A stretch of DNA of 64,000 nucleotides, taken from the NCBI GenBank assembly GCA_045592745.1, contig JAZNVH010000010.1, forward strand, positions 92,783-156,782, read 5' to 3'. Positions within the stretch are counted from its first letter, which is position 1. Each line of letters opens with the position of its first letter. Below, piece by piece: positions 28,606 to 37,029 of this stretch. Under the pieces are notes generated by a model, which made no database searches, was not told the origin of the DNA, and was given only the letters and a program-made list of their open reading frames with translations. The translations under genes were made by a program, and so were the position numbers. Source of the stretch: Candidatus Aphodoplasma sp. Its GTDB lineage: Bacteria; Bacillota; Clostridia; UBA1381; UMGS1253.

Positions 28606-29841
28606 TTATCTTTTTGAAAGAACGTCTTTTTCGTACTTTTTAACCTCGCCGAGCCATTCAAGTGAGCCGGGTACGTTTGCGCGATTTAAGAACTCATCCC
28701 ATACAGCGCTCCATGGCATAGCCTTCATTTCTTCCATAAGAGCAAGGCGTGATGAATAGTCACCATTCTTCTCGATATCAAACAATGTCTTTGTAGGCTC
28801 CAAAAGACCCATAAGAATTGCTTTTTGTGTATTTCTTATACCAATTACCCATGCAGCAATACGGTTAATGCTTGCATCGAAGAAATCAAGACCGATATAT
28901 ACTTTATTAAACAAGTCGTGTCTTGCAATTTCGCTCATAATGCGCATAAGCTCGTCATCTAATACTACAACGTGGTCACTGTCCCAACGTACAGGACGGC
29001 TTGTATGAAGAAGTATACCGGGCACATAATCAATTATACCTGTGATTTTATCTGACACATACTCTGTGGGATGGAAGTGGCCTGTATCAAGAGTAAGAAG
29101 TGTCTGATTTTTTACAGCGTAGCCTGTATAGAACTCGTGTGAGCCTACTGTATAGCTTTCTGCGCCAATACCGAAAACTTTACTTTCAACAGAATCAAGA
29201 TTGTAAGGAGTCTTCTTTGCAAATACTTTATCAAGTGAATCTGCAAGTCTTTGTCTGTATATGTATCTGTTTGCGGGAGTATCTTTAAAGCCGTCGGGAA
29301 TCCACACGTTTGTTACGGCTTTGCTATCAAGCTTTTTGCCGATGTTATCAGCAATTTCTCTCATAGCGATACAATGCTCAACCCAGAAATCTCTGATGCC
29401 GTCATCGAGGCTTGAAAGTGTAAAACCGTCAGCCTTTGGATGTGCAAAAAGTGTTGGGTTAAAATCAAGACCTATACCTTCGCTCTGTGCAAACTCGAGC
29501 CAGTTTTCAAAATGCTCGGGCAAAAGGTTGTTACGCTCAACCACCTTGCCGTTTGTTTCTGCATAATTTGCATGAAGGCTTATGCGGTGCTTACCACCGA
29601 TGAGTGAAAACACCTTTTTGATATCCTCGCGAAGCTCTGATGGAGTTGTTGCTTTGCCCGGATAATTACCGGTAGCTGCAATACCTCCTGAAAGCTCGTT
29701 CTGAGAAACCTCGAAGCCATCAATATCATCGCCCTGCCAGCAGTGTACTGATATAGGTGTGTTAAATAATTTTTCAATTGCCGCCTCGGTATCTACTCCG
29801 ATTTCGGCATATTTTTGTTTTGCTAATTCGTACATAGTCAT
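28606..29841 (-). CDS. rhaA: L-rhamnose isomerase
   Basis: SVHCWQGDD, TGNYPG, VWIPDG, ESKVFGIG.ESYTVGSHEF, LDTGHFHPTE and RPVRWDSDH. Start ATG 29841 behind GGAGG. Confidence 0.95.
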   Translation of the reverse strand: MTMYELAKQKYAEIGVDTEAAIEKLFNTPISVHCWQGDDIDGFEVSQNELSGGIAATGNYPGKATTPSELREDIKKVFSLIGGKHRISLHANYAETNGKVVERNNLLPEHFENWLEFAQSEGIGLDFNPTLFAHPKADGFTLSSLDDGIRDFWVEHCIAMREIADNIGKKLDSKAVTNVWIPDGFKDTPANRYIYRQRLADSLDKVFAKKTPYNLDSVESKVFGIGAESYTVGSHEFYTGYAVKNQTLLTLDTGHFHPTEYVSDKITGIIDYVPGILLHTSRPVRWDSDHVVVLDDELMRIMSEIARHDLFNKVYIGLDFFDASINRIAAWVIGIRNTQKAILMGLLEPTKTLFDIEKNGDYSSRLALMEEMKAMPWSAVWDEFLNRANVPGSLEWLGEVKKYEKDVLSKR

Positions 29842-29881
29842 AATAATTGCCTCCTTAGTAGTTTTTAATAATAACATAAAT

Positions 29882-29910
29882 ATTTTACCATATAAATAAA
29901 AAATAGACAA
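29882..29910 (-). promoter_or_regulatory. SigA-type promoter for rhaAB
   Basis: TTGTCT-17 nt-TAAAAT on the - strand. Confidence 0.6.
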
Positions 29911-29978
29911 TAGGCAAATATATTTTTTTGCTATTTTTTAAGCTGAAGAAAAAATATGAATAAAATTAAAAAAAACAC

Positions 29979-30007
29979 TTGACAAAAAAAAAGTAATATG
30001 ATATATT
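29979..30007 (+). promoter_or_regulatory. SigA-type promoter for the Leu T-box operon
   Basis: TTGACA-17 nt-TATATT with TG extension. Confidence 0.7.
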
Positions 30008-30021
30008 TACTCCATTATCAC

Positions 30022-30299
30022 ATAAACGCAGTGATGCGGAATAGTAGGCAAAATACTTTCGCCAAAAGAGAGATGCCGGTTGGTGCAAGGCATTGGGAAA
30101 GATTTGCCGAACTCACCGCGGAGCGGCTGCCGTGAAATGTTTGGAGAGTAGGGGCAGACGGGAACTCCCGTAACAGAGTAAAGATGTGTTGGCATCTTGA
30201 GGGCATCCTTTGTGGATGAAGAAGAGTGGTACCGCGGAAGCAAAAAAGGATTTTACGCTTTCGTCTCTTTGAATAAACGAAGAGACGAAAGCTTTTTTT
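30022..30299 (+). promoter_or_regulatory. Leucine T-box riboswitch (specifier CUC)
   Basis: Stem I with AGUA/GAA loop E, AGAGAG bulge, GGTGCAAG loop and GAA-CTC-A at 30109-30115. T-box AGAGTGGTACCGCG at 30223-30236. Terminator GCTTTCGTCTCT/AGAGACGAAAGC plus T7 (30257-30299). The UGGU bulge matches the A73 discriminator of tRNA-Leu. Confidence 0.95.
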
Positions 30300-30353
30300 G
30301 TAAATTGAAAAAGCTTTGGGAAATGAGCTTTGAAAGGGAAGGGGTTTTATCCA

Positions 30354-31742
30354 ATGAGAAAAATCAACGTATCGGACATTACATTAAAAAAACTGGCACA
30401 AACAAGAGAGGTTGCACTGCTATTTCGTGAAAAGACAGCGATTGCTGCGTGCGCAGACGCTCTCGGCGTAGATGCTATTGAACTTGCGGCAATTAAAAAT
30501 TTGCGTGAAGATACTATCGTTTATAAAACGATTGCAAAAAATATTCAAAAAAGTATTGTTGCAATTCCGGTTGGTTTTTCTTTTGATGACGTGGCAAATG
30601 CGTGGGAATGTGTAAAGGAAGCCGCAAAACCGAGACTGCAGGTAGAAGTGCCCACATCAACAGTTCAGATGGAGTATATGTATCATCTTAAAGCAGACAA
30701 AATGATAGCAAAAATCGCCGAGCTTGTTACAGAAGCGAAAAAGCTTTGTGATGATGTAGAGCTTGTTGCAACTGATGCTACACGTGCTGATGAAGAGTTT
30801 TTGATTGAAGCTGCAAAGACAGCCGAACAAAATGGCGCAAAGATTATTACAATCTGTGACGATGCGGGTGTGGCTTTGCCTGAGGAAATTGCAGAGCTTG
30901 TTTCTAAAGTAAAGCAGGCTGTAAATGCAGATGTTTATGTGCAGGTATCAGACAGTATCGGTATGGCAGTATCGGCGGCGGTATCTGCAATCGGAGCGGG
31001 CGCAGATGGACTAAAATGTGCAATGGCAGGAGAAGATTCGCTTTCTATGGGCGCTTTGGCAAAAATGGTTTCAGCACGCGGAGATGCGATTGGCGCTTCG
31101 GTAGCTTTGGAGAATACAAAAATTCACGCAAGTATCGAGGATATGCTTTCTAAAATCAATCATGCAGGATATGAAAGTGCAGATGACGTTAGCGAGAAAA
31201 AGAAGATTTTGCTTGATGAGGATAGTACACTTTCTGATGTGGCATATGCGGCAAATGTGCTTGGTTATGATTTGTCCGACGAGGATAATGGAAAGGTTTA
31301 TAAGGCACTTATGCAGGTTTGTGAGAAGAAAGGCTCTGTCGGAGTAAAAGAATTTGAAGCACTTATTGCAAGCAGTGCAATGCAGGCACCGTCAACATAT
31401 CATTTTGAAAGCTATTCGACAAGTTGTGGTAATTTAACAAGTGCAATGTCACAGGTAACGCTAAGATGCGGTGATGAAATTCTTTGCGGTGTAAGCACGG
31501 GCGACGGTCCGATTGATTCGGTATTTCGTGCAATAGAGCAAAGCATAGGATATCATTATGAGCTTGACGATTTCCAGATTCAGTCGGTAACAGATGGCAA
31601 GGAAGCGCTTGGCTCTGCCTTGGTAAAGCTTCGCGTAGGCGGCAAGCTCTATTCAGGTAACGGCAGCTCTACTGATATTGTTGCAGCAAGTATAAGAGCA
31701 TACATAAATGCGCTTAACAAGATTGTGTTTGAGGAGGCGTAA
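30354..31742 (+). CDS. LeuA (2-isopropylmalate synthase)-like pseudoenzyme with intact C-terminal regulatory domain
   Basis: Colinear with LeuA (AAKPRLQV, LCDDVEL..TDATR, GDGPIDSVF.AI, SGNGSSTDIVAASIRAYINALNK), but LRDGEQ reads LKKLAQ and HCHND reads QVSDS. Start ATG 30354 behind GAAGGGG. Confidence 0.88.
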   Translation: MRKINVSDITLKKLAQTREVALLFREKTAIAACADALGVDAIELAAIKNLREDTIVYKTIAKNIQKSIVAIPVGFSFDDVANAWECVKEAAKPRLQVEVPTSTVQMEYMYHLKADKMIAKIAELVTEAKKLCDDVELVATDATRADEEFLIEAAKTAEQNGAKIITICDDAGVALPEEIAELVSKVKQAVNADVYVQVSDSIGMAVSAAVSAIGAGADGLKCAMAGEDSLSMGALAKMVSARGDAIGASVALENTKIHASIEDMLSKINHAGYESADDVSEKKKILLDEDSTLSDVAYAANVLGYDLSDEDNGKVYKALMQVCEKKGSVGVKEFEALIASSAMQAPSTYHFESYSTSCGNLTSAMSQVTLRCGDEILCGVSTGDGPIDSVFRAIEQSIGYHYELDDFQIQSVTDGKEALGSALVKLRVGGKLYSGNGSSTDIVAASIRAYINALNKIVFEEA

Positions 31743-31744
31743 GG

Positions 31745-34204
31745 ATGAAACTGACCTTTTCTACAAAAAACGTAAACAGGGCATCGTTTTTTGATACCTG
31801 CCGTTATGCATACGATTACGGATATGCAGGTTTTGAAATTTATGATGCAATTAAAGAGAGAAAACAACACTATGACAGCATTCTTCGAAGTGAACGCACA
31901 GCAGACTCAAAAAGAAAGCTTTTTAACCGTGGACTTAACGTTTCTGCATTGGTGTATCCGTATCCGATAGAAAGTAGCGAAGCGACACCTGAATCTGTTG
32001 TAAAATATGTTGATATGGCGACAAATGCGGGAATTGAGCGCGTTATTTTGCGTATCGAGGAAAAGACTTCAAACGATGTGCTTTATGAAAAACTCAGTGA
32101 GGCTGTCAAAAAAGCCGGAAAGGCTGATGTTCAGATATTGTTTGAAACATCGGGCTATCTTGCAAAAACTGAGAATGTAATTGATATTATAAACTTTTTT
32201 TCATCTGCGGCAATAGGTGTTTCGTGGAATACGCGTGAAACGTATTTTAAAGCGGGCGAGAGTGCAGACACAACCATTAAAACACTTGGCGCGTATATAA
32301 AATATGTGCGTCTTGGTGATATGAAAGATGGCAAAAGCGTCTTAATCGGTGAGGGAGAGCTTCCTGTTACAAATGTTATTAATGCGCTTTCTTCACTTAA
32401 TTTTGACGGATATATTTGCGTGGCGTGGAATGAAGAAATTCAGGATGCTGACATTGTACTTACGCATTTCACAAATTATATTGCTGGACTTTCTCGAAAG
32501 AAAAAAGAAAAAGACGGTGCATATTATAATCGCTCAAAGACGGGTACATTTGTATGGAAAAAATACGATGTTATTGATGCAACTTTTTCCGATGTGCTTG
32601 ATACGATGGTTGAAAAGTACCCTGACCAGTATGCGTTTAAATATACAACGCTTGATTACACAAGAACGTATTCGCAGTTTCGCCGTGATGTAGATGAATG
32701 TGCGGCGGCACTTATATCGCTTGGCGTAAAGGCGGGCGACCAGGTTGCTATATGGGCGACGAATGTGCCGGCGTGGTTTATTACCTTTTGGGCAACGACA
32801 AAAATCGGCGCAGTACTCGTTACAGTTAATACCGCATATAAAATTCATGAGATTGAATATCTTTTAAAGCAGTCGGATACGCATACGCTTGTTATGATTG
32901 AGGATTGTAAGGATATTAATTATATAGAAATTATCGAGGAGCTTTGTCCCGAACTTAAAAGCATAAATCCAGGAGAGCCGCTTTATTCAAAAAATCTTCC
33001 GTTCCTGCGAAATGTAGTTACAGTCGGTTTTTCAATGGATGGATGTCTTACATGGGAACAGATGCTTGAGCGTTCTGCACTTGTGCCTCAGCAGGAGGTG
33101 CGTCGCAGAGCCTCGCTTGTAAAGCCCGACGATGTTTGTAATATGCAATATACATCGGGCACTACGGGATTTCCAAAGGGCGTAATGCTTACGCACAGAA
33201 ACATTGTCAACAACGGAAAAACCATTGGTGACAGAATGGATTTGTCAACAGCAGACCGTATGATGATTCAGGTGCCGATGTTCCATTGTTTTGGTATGGT
33301 GCTTTCCATGACATCAATGATGACACATGGCGGTACACTTTGTCCAATGCCATATTTTTCGCCAAAGTCATCACTTGCATGTGTAAACGATGAACACATA
33401 ACCTGCTTTAATGGTGTACCGACTATGTTTATAGCAATGTTTAACCATGCCGATTTTGCAAAGACGGACTTTTCGTATATGCGTACGGGAATTATGGCGG
33501 GAGCAAACTGTCCGGCAGATTTGATGCGTCGTGCGGCAGATGAGATGAATATGCGTGAGATTATTTCTGTATATGGTCAGACCGAGGCTTCGCCCGGATG
33601 CACAATGGGTGAGGTAAACGAAGATCTTGACCACAGAGTTGAAACTGTTGGAAGTGCATTTCCCGGTGTTGAATGTAAGATTATTGACCCTGAAACAGGC
33701 GAGGAACTACCCGATGGTGAGAGCGGCGAATTTGTTGCGCGTGGCTTTAACATTATGAAGGGCTATTATAAAATGCCTGAAGCAACTGCACAGACAATTG
33801 ACGCAGACGGATGGCTTCATTCGGGAGATATTTGCTGTAGAACAAGCGATGGATATTATAAGGTTACAGGACGTCTTAAAGATATGATTATTCGTGGAGG
33901 CGAAAATCTTTACCCGCGTGAGATAGAGGAGTTTTATCTTACACACCCGAAGGTGCGCGACGTGCAGGTAGTAGGTGTGCCTGACGAAAAGTACGGCGAA
34001 GAGTGCTGTGCGTGGATTATTCTTCATAAAGGTGAAGAGTCTGATGAAAACGAGATGCGCGAGTATGGTAATGCTTCTATTGCACGCCACAAAGTGCCAA
34101 AGTACTTTGTATTTGTTAAAGAATTTCCAATGAACGCTGCAGGCAAAATTCTAAAATATAAGATGCGTGATGAGTCAGTGGAGATTTTAGGATTAAAAAA
34201 GTAA
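31745..34204 (+). CDS. Fusion: degenerate xylose-isomerase-like TIM barrel plus AMP-forming acyl-CoA synthetase
   Basis: The N-terminal ~255 aa follow the sugar-phosphate isomerase/epimerase pattern (YAGFEI, LIGEGELP, FDGYI). The C-terminal part has intact ANL motifs YTSGTTGFPKG, YGQTE, WLHSGD, GRLKDMIIRGGEN and AGKILK. Confidence 0.9.
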   Translation: MKLTFSTKNVNRASFFDTCRYAYDYGYAGFEIYDAIKERKQHYDSILRSERTADSKRKLFNRGLNVSALVYPYPIESSEATPESVVKYVDMATNAGIERVILRIEEKTSNDVLYEKLSEAVKKAGKADVQILFETSGYLAKTENVIDIINFFSSAAIGVSWNTRETYFKAGESADTTIKTLGAYIKYVRLGDMKDGKSVLIGEGELPVTNVINALSSLNFDGYICVAWNEEIQDADIVLTHFTNYIAGLSRKKKEKDGAYYNRSKTGTFVWKKYDVIDATFSDVLDTMVEKYPDQYAFKYTTLDYTRTYSQFRRDVDECAAALISLGVKAGDQVAIWATNVPAWFITFWATTKIGAVLVTVNTAYKIHEIEYLLKQSDTHTLVMIEDCKDINYIEIIEELCPELKSINPGEPLYSKNLPFLRNVVTVGFSMDGCLTWEQMLERSALVPQQEVRRRASLVKPDDVCNMQYTSGTTGFPKGVMLTHRNIVNNGKTIGDRMDLSTADRMMIQVPMFHCFGMVLSMTSMMTHGGTLCPMPYFSPKSSLACVNDEHITCFNGVPTMFIAMFNHADFAKTDFSYMRTGIMAGANCPADLMRRAADEMNMREIISVYGQTEASPGCTMGEVNEDLDHRVETVGSAFPGVECKIIDPETGEELPDGESGEFVARGFNIMKGYYKMPEATAQTIDADGWLHSGDICCRTSDGYYKVTGRLKDMIIRGGENLYPREIEEFYLTHPKVRDVQVVGVPDEKYGEECCAWIILHKGEESDENEMREYGNASIARHKVPKYFVFVKEFPMNAAGKILKYKMRDESVEILGLKK

Positions 34205-34213
34205 ATTAAGCAT

Positions 34214-34247
34214 AAAAAAACTGTTCACTTTTGTGAACAGGTTTTTT
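34214..34247. terminator. Bidirectional intrinsic terminator (acyl-CoA ligase / rnj)
   Basis: A7-CTGTTCAC-TTTT-GTGAACAG-G-T6. Confidence 0.85.
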
Positions 34248-34258
34248 ATTTTTACATA

Positions 34259-35941
34259 TCAAACTTCCATAATAACGGGAAGTATCATTGGTGAGCGTTT
34301 TGTTTTTTCATACATATAGTCGCTTAAAGTGTTTTTCATTGCAAGTTTTAGTGCAGTCCAGTCGGTTGCGCCCTTTAAAACGCACTCATCAAGTGCTTCT
34401 TTTGTAACCTGACGCGCCTCTTCCATTAGTTCCTCGGCTTCTCTTACGTATACAAAGCCGCGAGATATAATGTCAGGACCTGCGACGATTTCGCCATTGT
34501 CTGCACTGATTGAAACGACGCAAACAATGAGTCCGTCGTTTGAAAGGTGTTTTCTGTCGCGAAGTACAATGTTTCCGACATCACCTACGCCGAGACCGTC
34601 AACCAAAAGCTTGCCCGATGGTACGGTAGTAGTCATTTTTGCACTTTCATTATCAAGTTCAAGCACACGGCCGTTTTCCATGATGAATACATTTTTTTCT
34701 TCAACGCCCATAAGAGTGCCAAGCTGTGAATGACGGTGCAAATGACGGTATTCGCCGTGCACAGGCATGAAATATTTCGGCTTTGTAAGCGCAAGCATAA
34801 GCTTTAATTCTTCCTGACATGCGTGTCCCGAAACGTGAACTTCGGCAAGGGATTCGTATATAACCTCTGTTCCTTGCTTGAAAAGCTCGTTTATAACACG
34901 CGAAATTGTTTTTTCATTACCGGGAATTGGGCTTGCAGATACTATGATAAGGTCATTTTGTGTAAGCTCTACTTTGCGGTGGTCAGAATACGCCATTCTG
35001 AAAAGCGCACTCATGGCCTCGCCTTGCGAGCCTGTTGTTACTATGACAAGCTGATTATCATTATAGCGATTTATATCGTCGATACTGATGAGCGTTTTTT
35101 CAGGGATTGTCATATAACCAAGAAGTATCGCAACTTCGATAATATTTTCCATGCTTCTTCCTGAAACGGCAACTTTTCTTCCGTATTTTGCAGCGGTATT
35201 TATAATTTGCTGAACTCTGTGAACATTTGAAGCAAATGTGGCTACAATAATACGTTTTTCGCAGTTTTTAAAGATTTCATCAAAGGTTGAGCCGACGCTT
35301 CGCTCACTCATGGTGTAGCCTGCGCGTTCAACGTTTGTCGAATCGCTCATCAAAAGAAGTACTCCTTCGCGCCCAAGCTCGCCAAGTCTTGTAAGGTCAA
35401 TCATTTCTCCATCTATTGGGGTCGAATCAATCTTAAAGTCGCCCGTATGAACAACTGTACCGACAGGGGTCTTTATTGCAAGAGCAACAGAGCCTGCAAT
35501 TGAATGGTTTGAGTGTATAAATTCAACAGAAAACGCGCGACCAATTTTTATACTGTCTCCCGGTTTTACACGGTTTAATTTAACTGTTGATAATATGTTG
35601 TGCTCTTTAAGTTTGGTTTCGATAAGTCCTATTGTAAGCTTTGTTGCATACACGGGCACATTGACTTTCTTTAAAAAGAAGGGTAGGGCACCGATGTGAT
35701 CTTCGTGTCCGTGTGTGATTACTACGCCACGTACCCTTTCAATATTTTTTTCAAGATACGACGTATCAGGTATGACAAGATCAATGCCGGGCATATCATC
35801 GTCCGGAAAAGCAATTCCGCAGTCAACAACAAAGATGTCGTCGCCGTACTCGAATACCGTCATGTTTTTGCCAATTTCGTTCAGGCCACCTAACGGTATA
35901 ATTTTAAGTTTTTGTTTTTTTGGCACTAAAAAATCCTCCAT
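34259..35941 (-). CDS. rnj: Ribonuclease J
   Basis: PLGGLNEIGKN, THGHEDHIG, HTGDFKID, TGSQGE and HVSGHA. Confidence 0.97.
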   Translation of the reverse strand: MEDFLVPKKQKLKIIPLGGLNEIGKNMTVFEYGDDIFVVDCGIAFPDDDMPGIDLVIPDTSYLEKNIERVRGVVITHGHEDHIGALPFFLKKVNVPVYATKLTIGLIETKLKEHNILSTVKLNRVKPGDSIKIGRAFSVEFIHSNHSIAGSVALAIKTPVGTVVHTGDFKIDSTPIDGEMIDLTRLGELGREGVLLLMSDSTNVERAGYTMSERSVGSTFDEIFKNCEKRIIVATFASNVHRVQQIINTAAKYGRKVAVSGRSMENIIEVAILLGYMTIPEKTLISIDDINRYNDNQLVIVTTGSQGEAMSALFRMAYSDHRKVELTQNDLIIVSASPIPGNEKTISRVINELFKQGTEVIYESLAEVHVSGHACQEELKLMLALTKPKYFMPVHGEYRHLHRHSQLGTLMGVEEKNVFIMENGRVLELDNESAKMTTTVPSGKLLVDGLGVGDVGNIVLRDRKHLSNDGLIVCVVSISADNGEIVAGPDIISRGFVYVREAEELMEEARQVTKEALDECVLKGATDWTALKLAMKNTLSDYMYEKTKRSPMILPVIMEV

Positions 35942-36040
35942 TTCATTTTATTTTTCCGCTCATTAATAATAAAAAATAATTTTTATGATTTAATTAAATA
36001 TAATATGGTACTGCATTTTCCGATCACAACATATTAACTT

Positions 36041-36069
36041 ATTTTACCATAAATTTAAGTAAGAGTCAA
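36041..36069 (-). promoter_or_regulatory. SigA-type promoter for rnj
   Basis: TTGACT-17 nt-TAAAAT on the - strand. Confidence 0.7.
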
Positions 36070-36170
36070 TTGGTGCAATAAAAAAACGCCACAAATATAT
36101 GTTATATGTAATTTTTACATATATGACAACATTTATACATAAATTTGCGGCGAAAAGTTTTTATTAAATT

Positions 36171-36989
36171 TTATCGAAATTGTGAGCAAAGCTTGTCATA
36201 GCAAGCCTTCACTTGTGGTATTTTATAGCCCTTTTTATCTGTTATTTCAAAAGGTATAGGTCCTGTATATCCTGATTTTAAAAGAAGTGAAAAAATCGTT
36301 TTCCAGTCATTTATGCCCTCATAAGGAAGCCAGTGTCTTTCGTCAGTGCGATCATAATCACTTACGTGTATAGTAATGATTCTGTCGCCAAAAGCTTTTA
36401 TAAAAGCCTCATTTGTATCTGTAAGAAGATGGTTTGTATCAAAGCATATACGGAGTCTTAAATCGGACGAAACAATTTTTGCCATACTGTCAATATTATT
36501 GCCAAGACATGTGCGGGGCAAATTCTCCACCGCGATTTGTGCACCGAATTTTTCTGCTTCATCTGCAAGCTTTCTCAAAGATGCTTTTGCATTTTCCGTT
36601 TGAATAAATCTGTTTTCTGGCAAAATCGGCTCAAACGAAGGATGAACTACAAATATTTTTATATCTGTGTTCTGGCACACAAAACGAATCATATCAAGCT
36701 GACGCTCAATTGCATTTTGACGAATATTTTTGTCAAGCGAAGCAATATCATACGGATCCCAAAAAGAAAGATGTGCTGACCAAAGCTTGATACCTGTTTT
36801 TTTGCACGAATCAATAAGGCGTAGCCAGTAGTCCTGTATTACTTTATTTTCCATGCCGGGACATGCACCGCCAATTGAGAGTTCTAACATTTCAATTCCG
36901 TTATCTTTGCACTCTTTTAGCACCTCATAATCGGGTGATGGTAAAAATGCGCTTGAAAGTGCAAGCGGATTATTTGAAAGCTTTATCAT
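36171..36989 (-). CDS. Sugar-phosphate isomerase/epimerase (xylose isomerase-like TIM barrel)
   Basis: Intact metal ligands ENLP, FDTNH, HVSD and FE. Confidence 0.85.
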   Translation of the reverse strand: MIKLSNNPLALSSAFLPSPDYEVLKECKDNGIEMLELSIGGACPGMENKVIQDYWLRLIDSCKKTGIKLWSAHLSFWDPYDIASLDKNIRQNAIERQLDMIRFVCQNTDIKIFVVHPSFEPILPENRFIQTENAKASLRKLADEAEKFGAQIAVENLPRTCLGNNIDSMAKIVSSDLRLRICFDTNHLLTDTNEAFIKAFGDRIITIHVSDYDRTDERHWLPYEGINDWKTIFSLLLKSGYTGPIPFEITDKKGYKIPQVKACYDKLCSQFR

Positions 36990-37029
36990 AAGTTAACACG
37001 CCTTTCTGTTTTGTATATGTAAGATAAGT

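Noticed and set aside
36103-36123. AT-rich palindrome TATATGTAA-TTT-TTACATATA upstream of the rnj promoter
   Set aside because: Could be a weak terminator for the isomerase gene or a chance AT palindrome; nothing supports an operator role.
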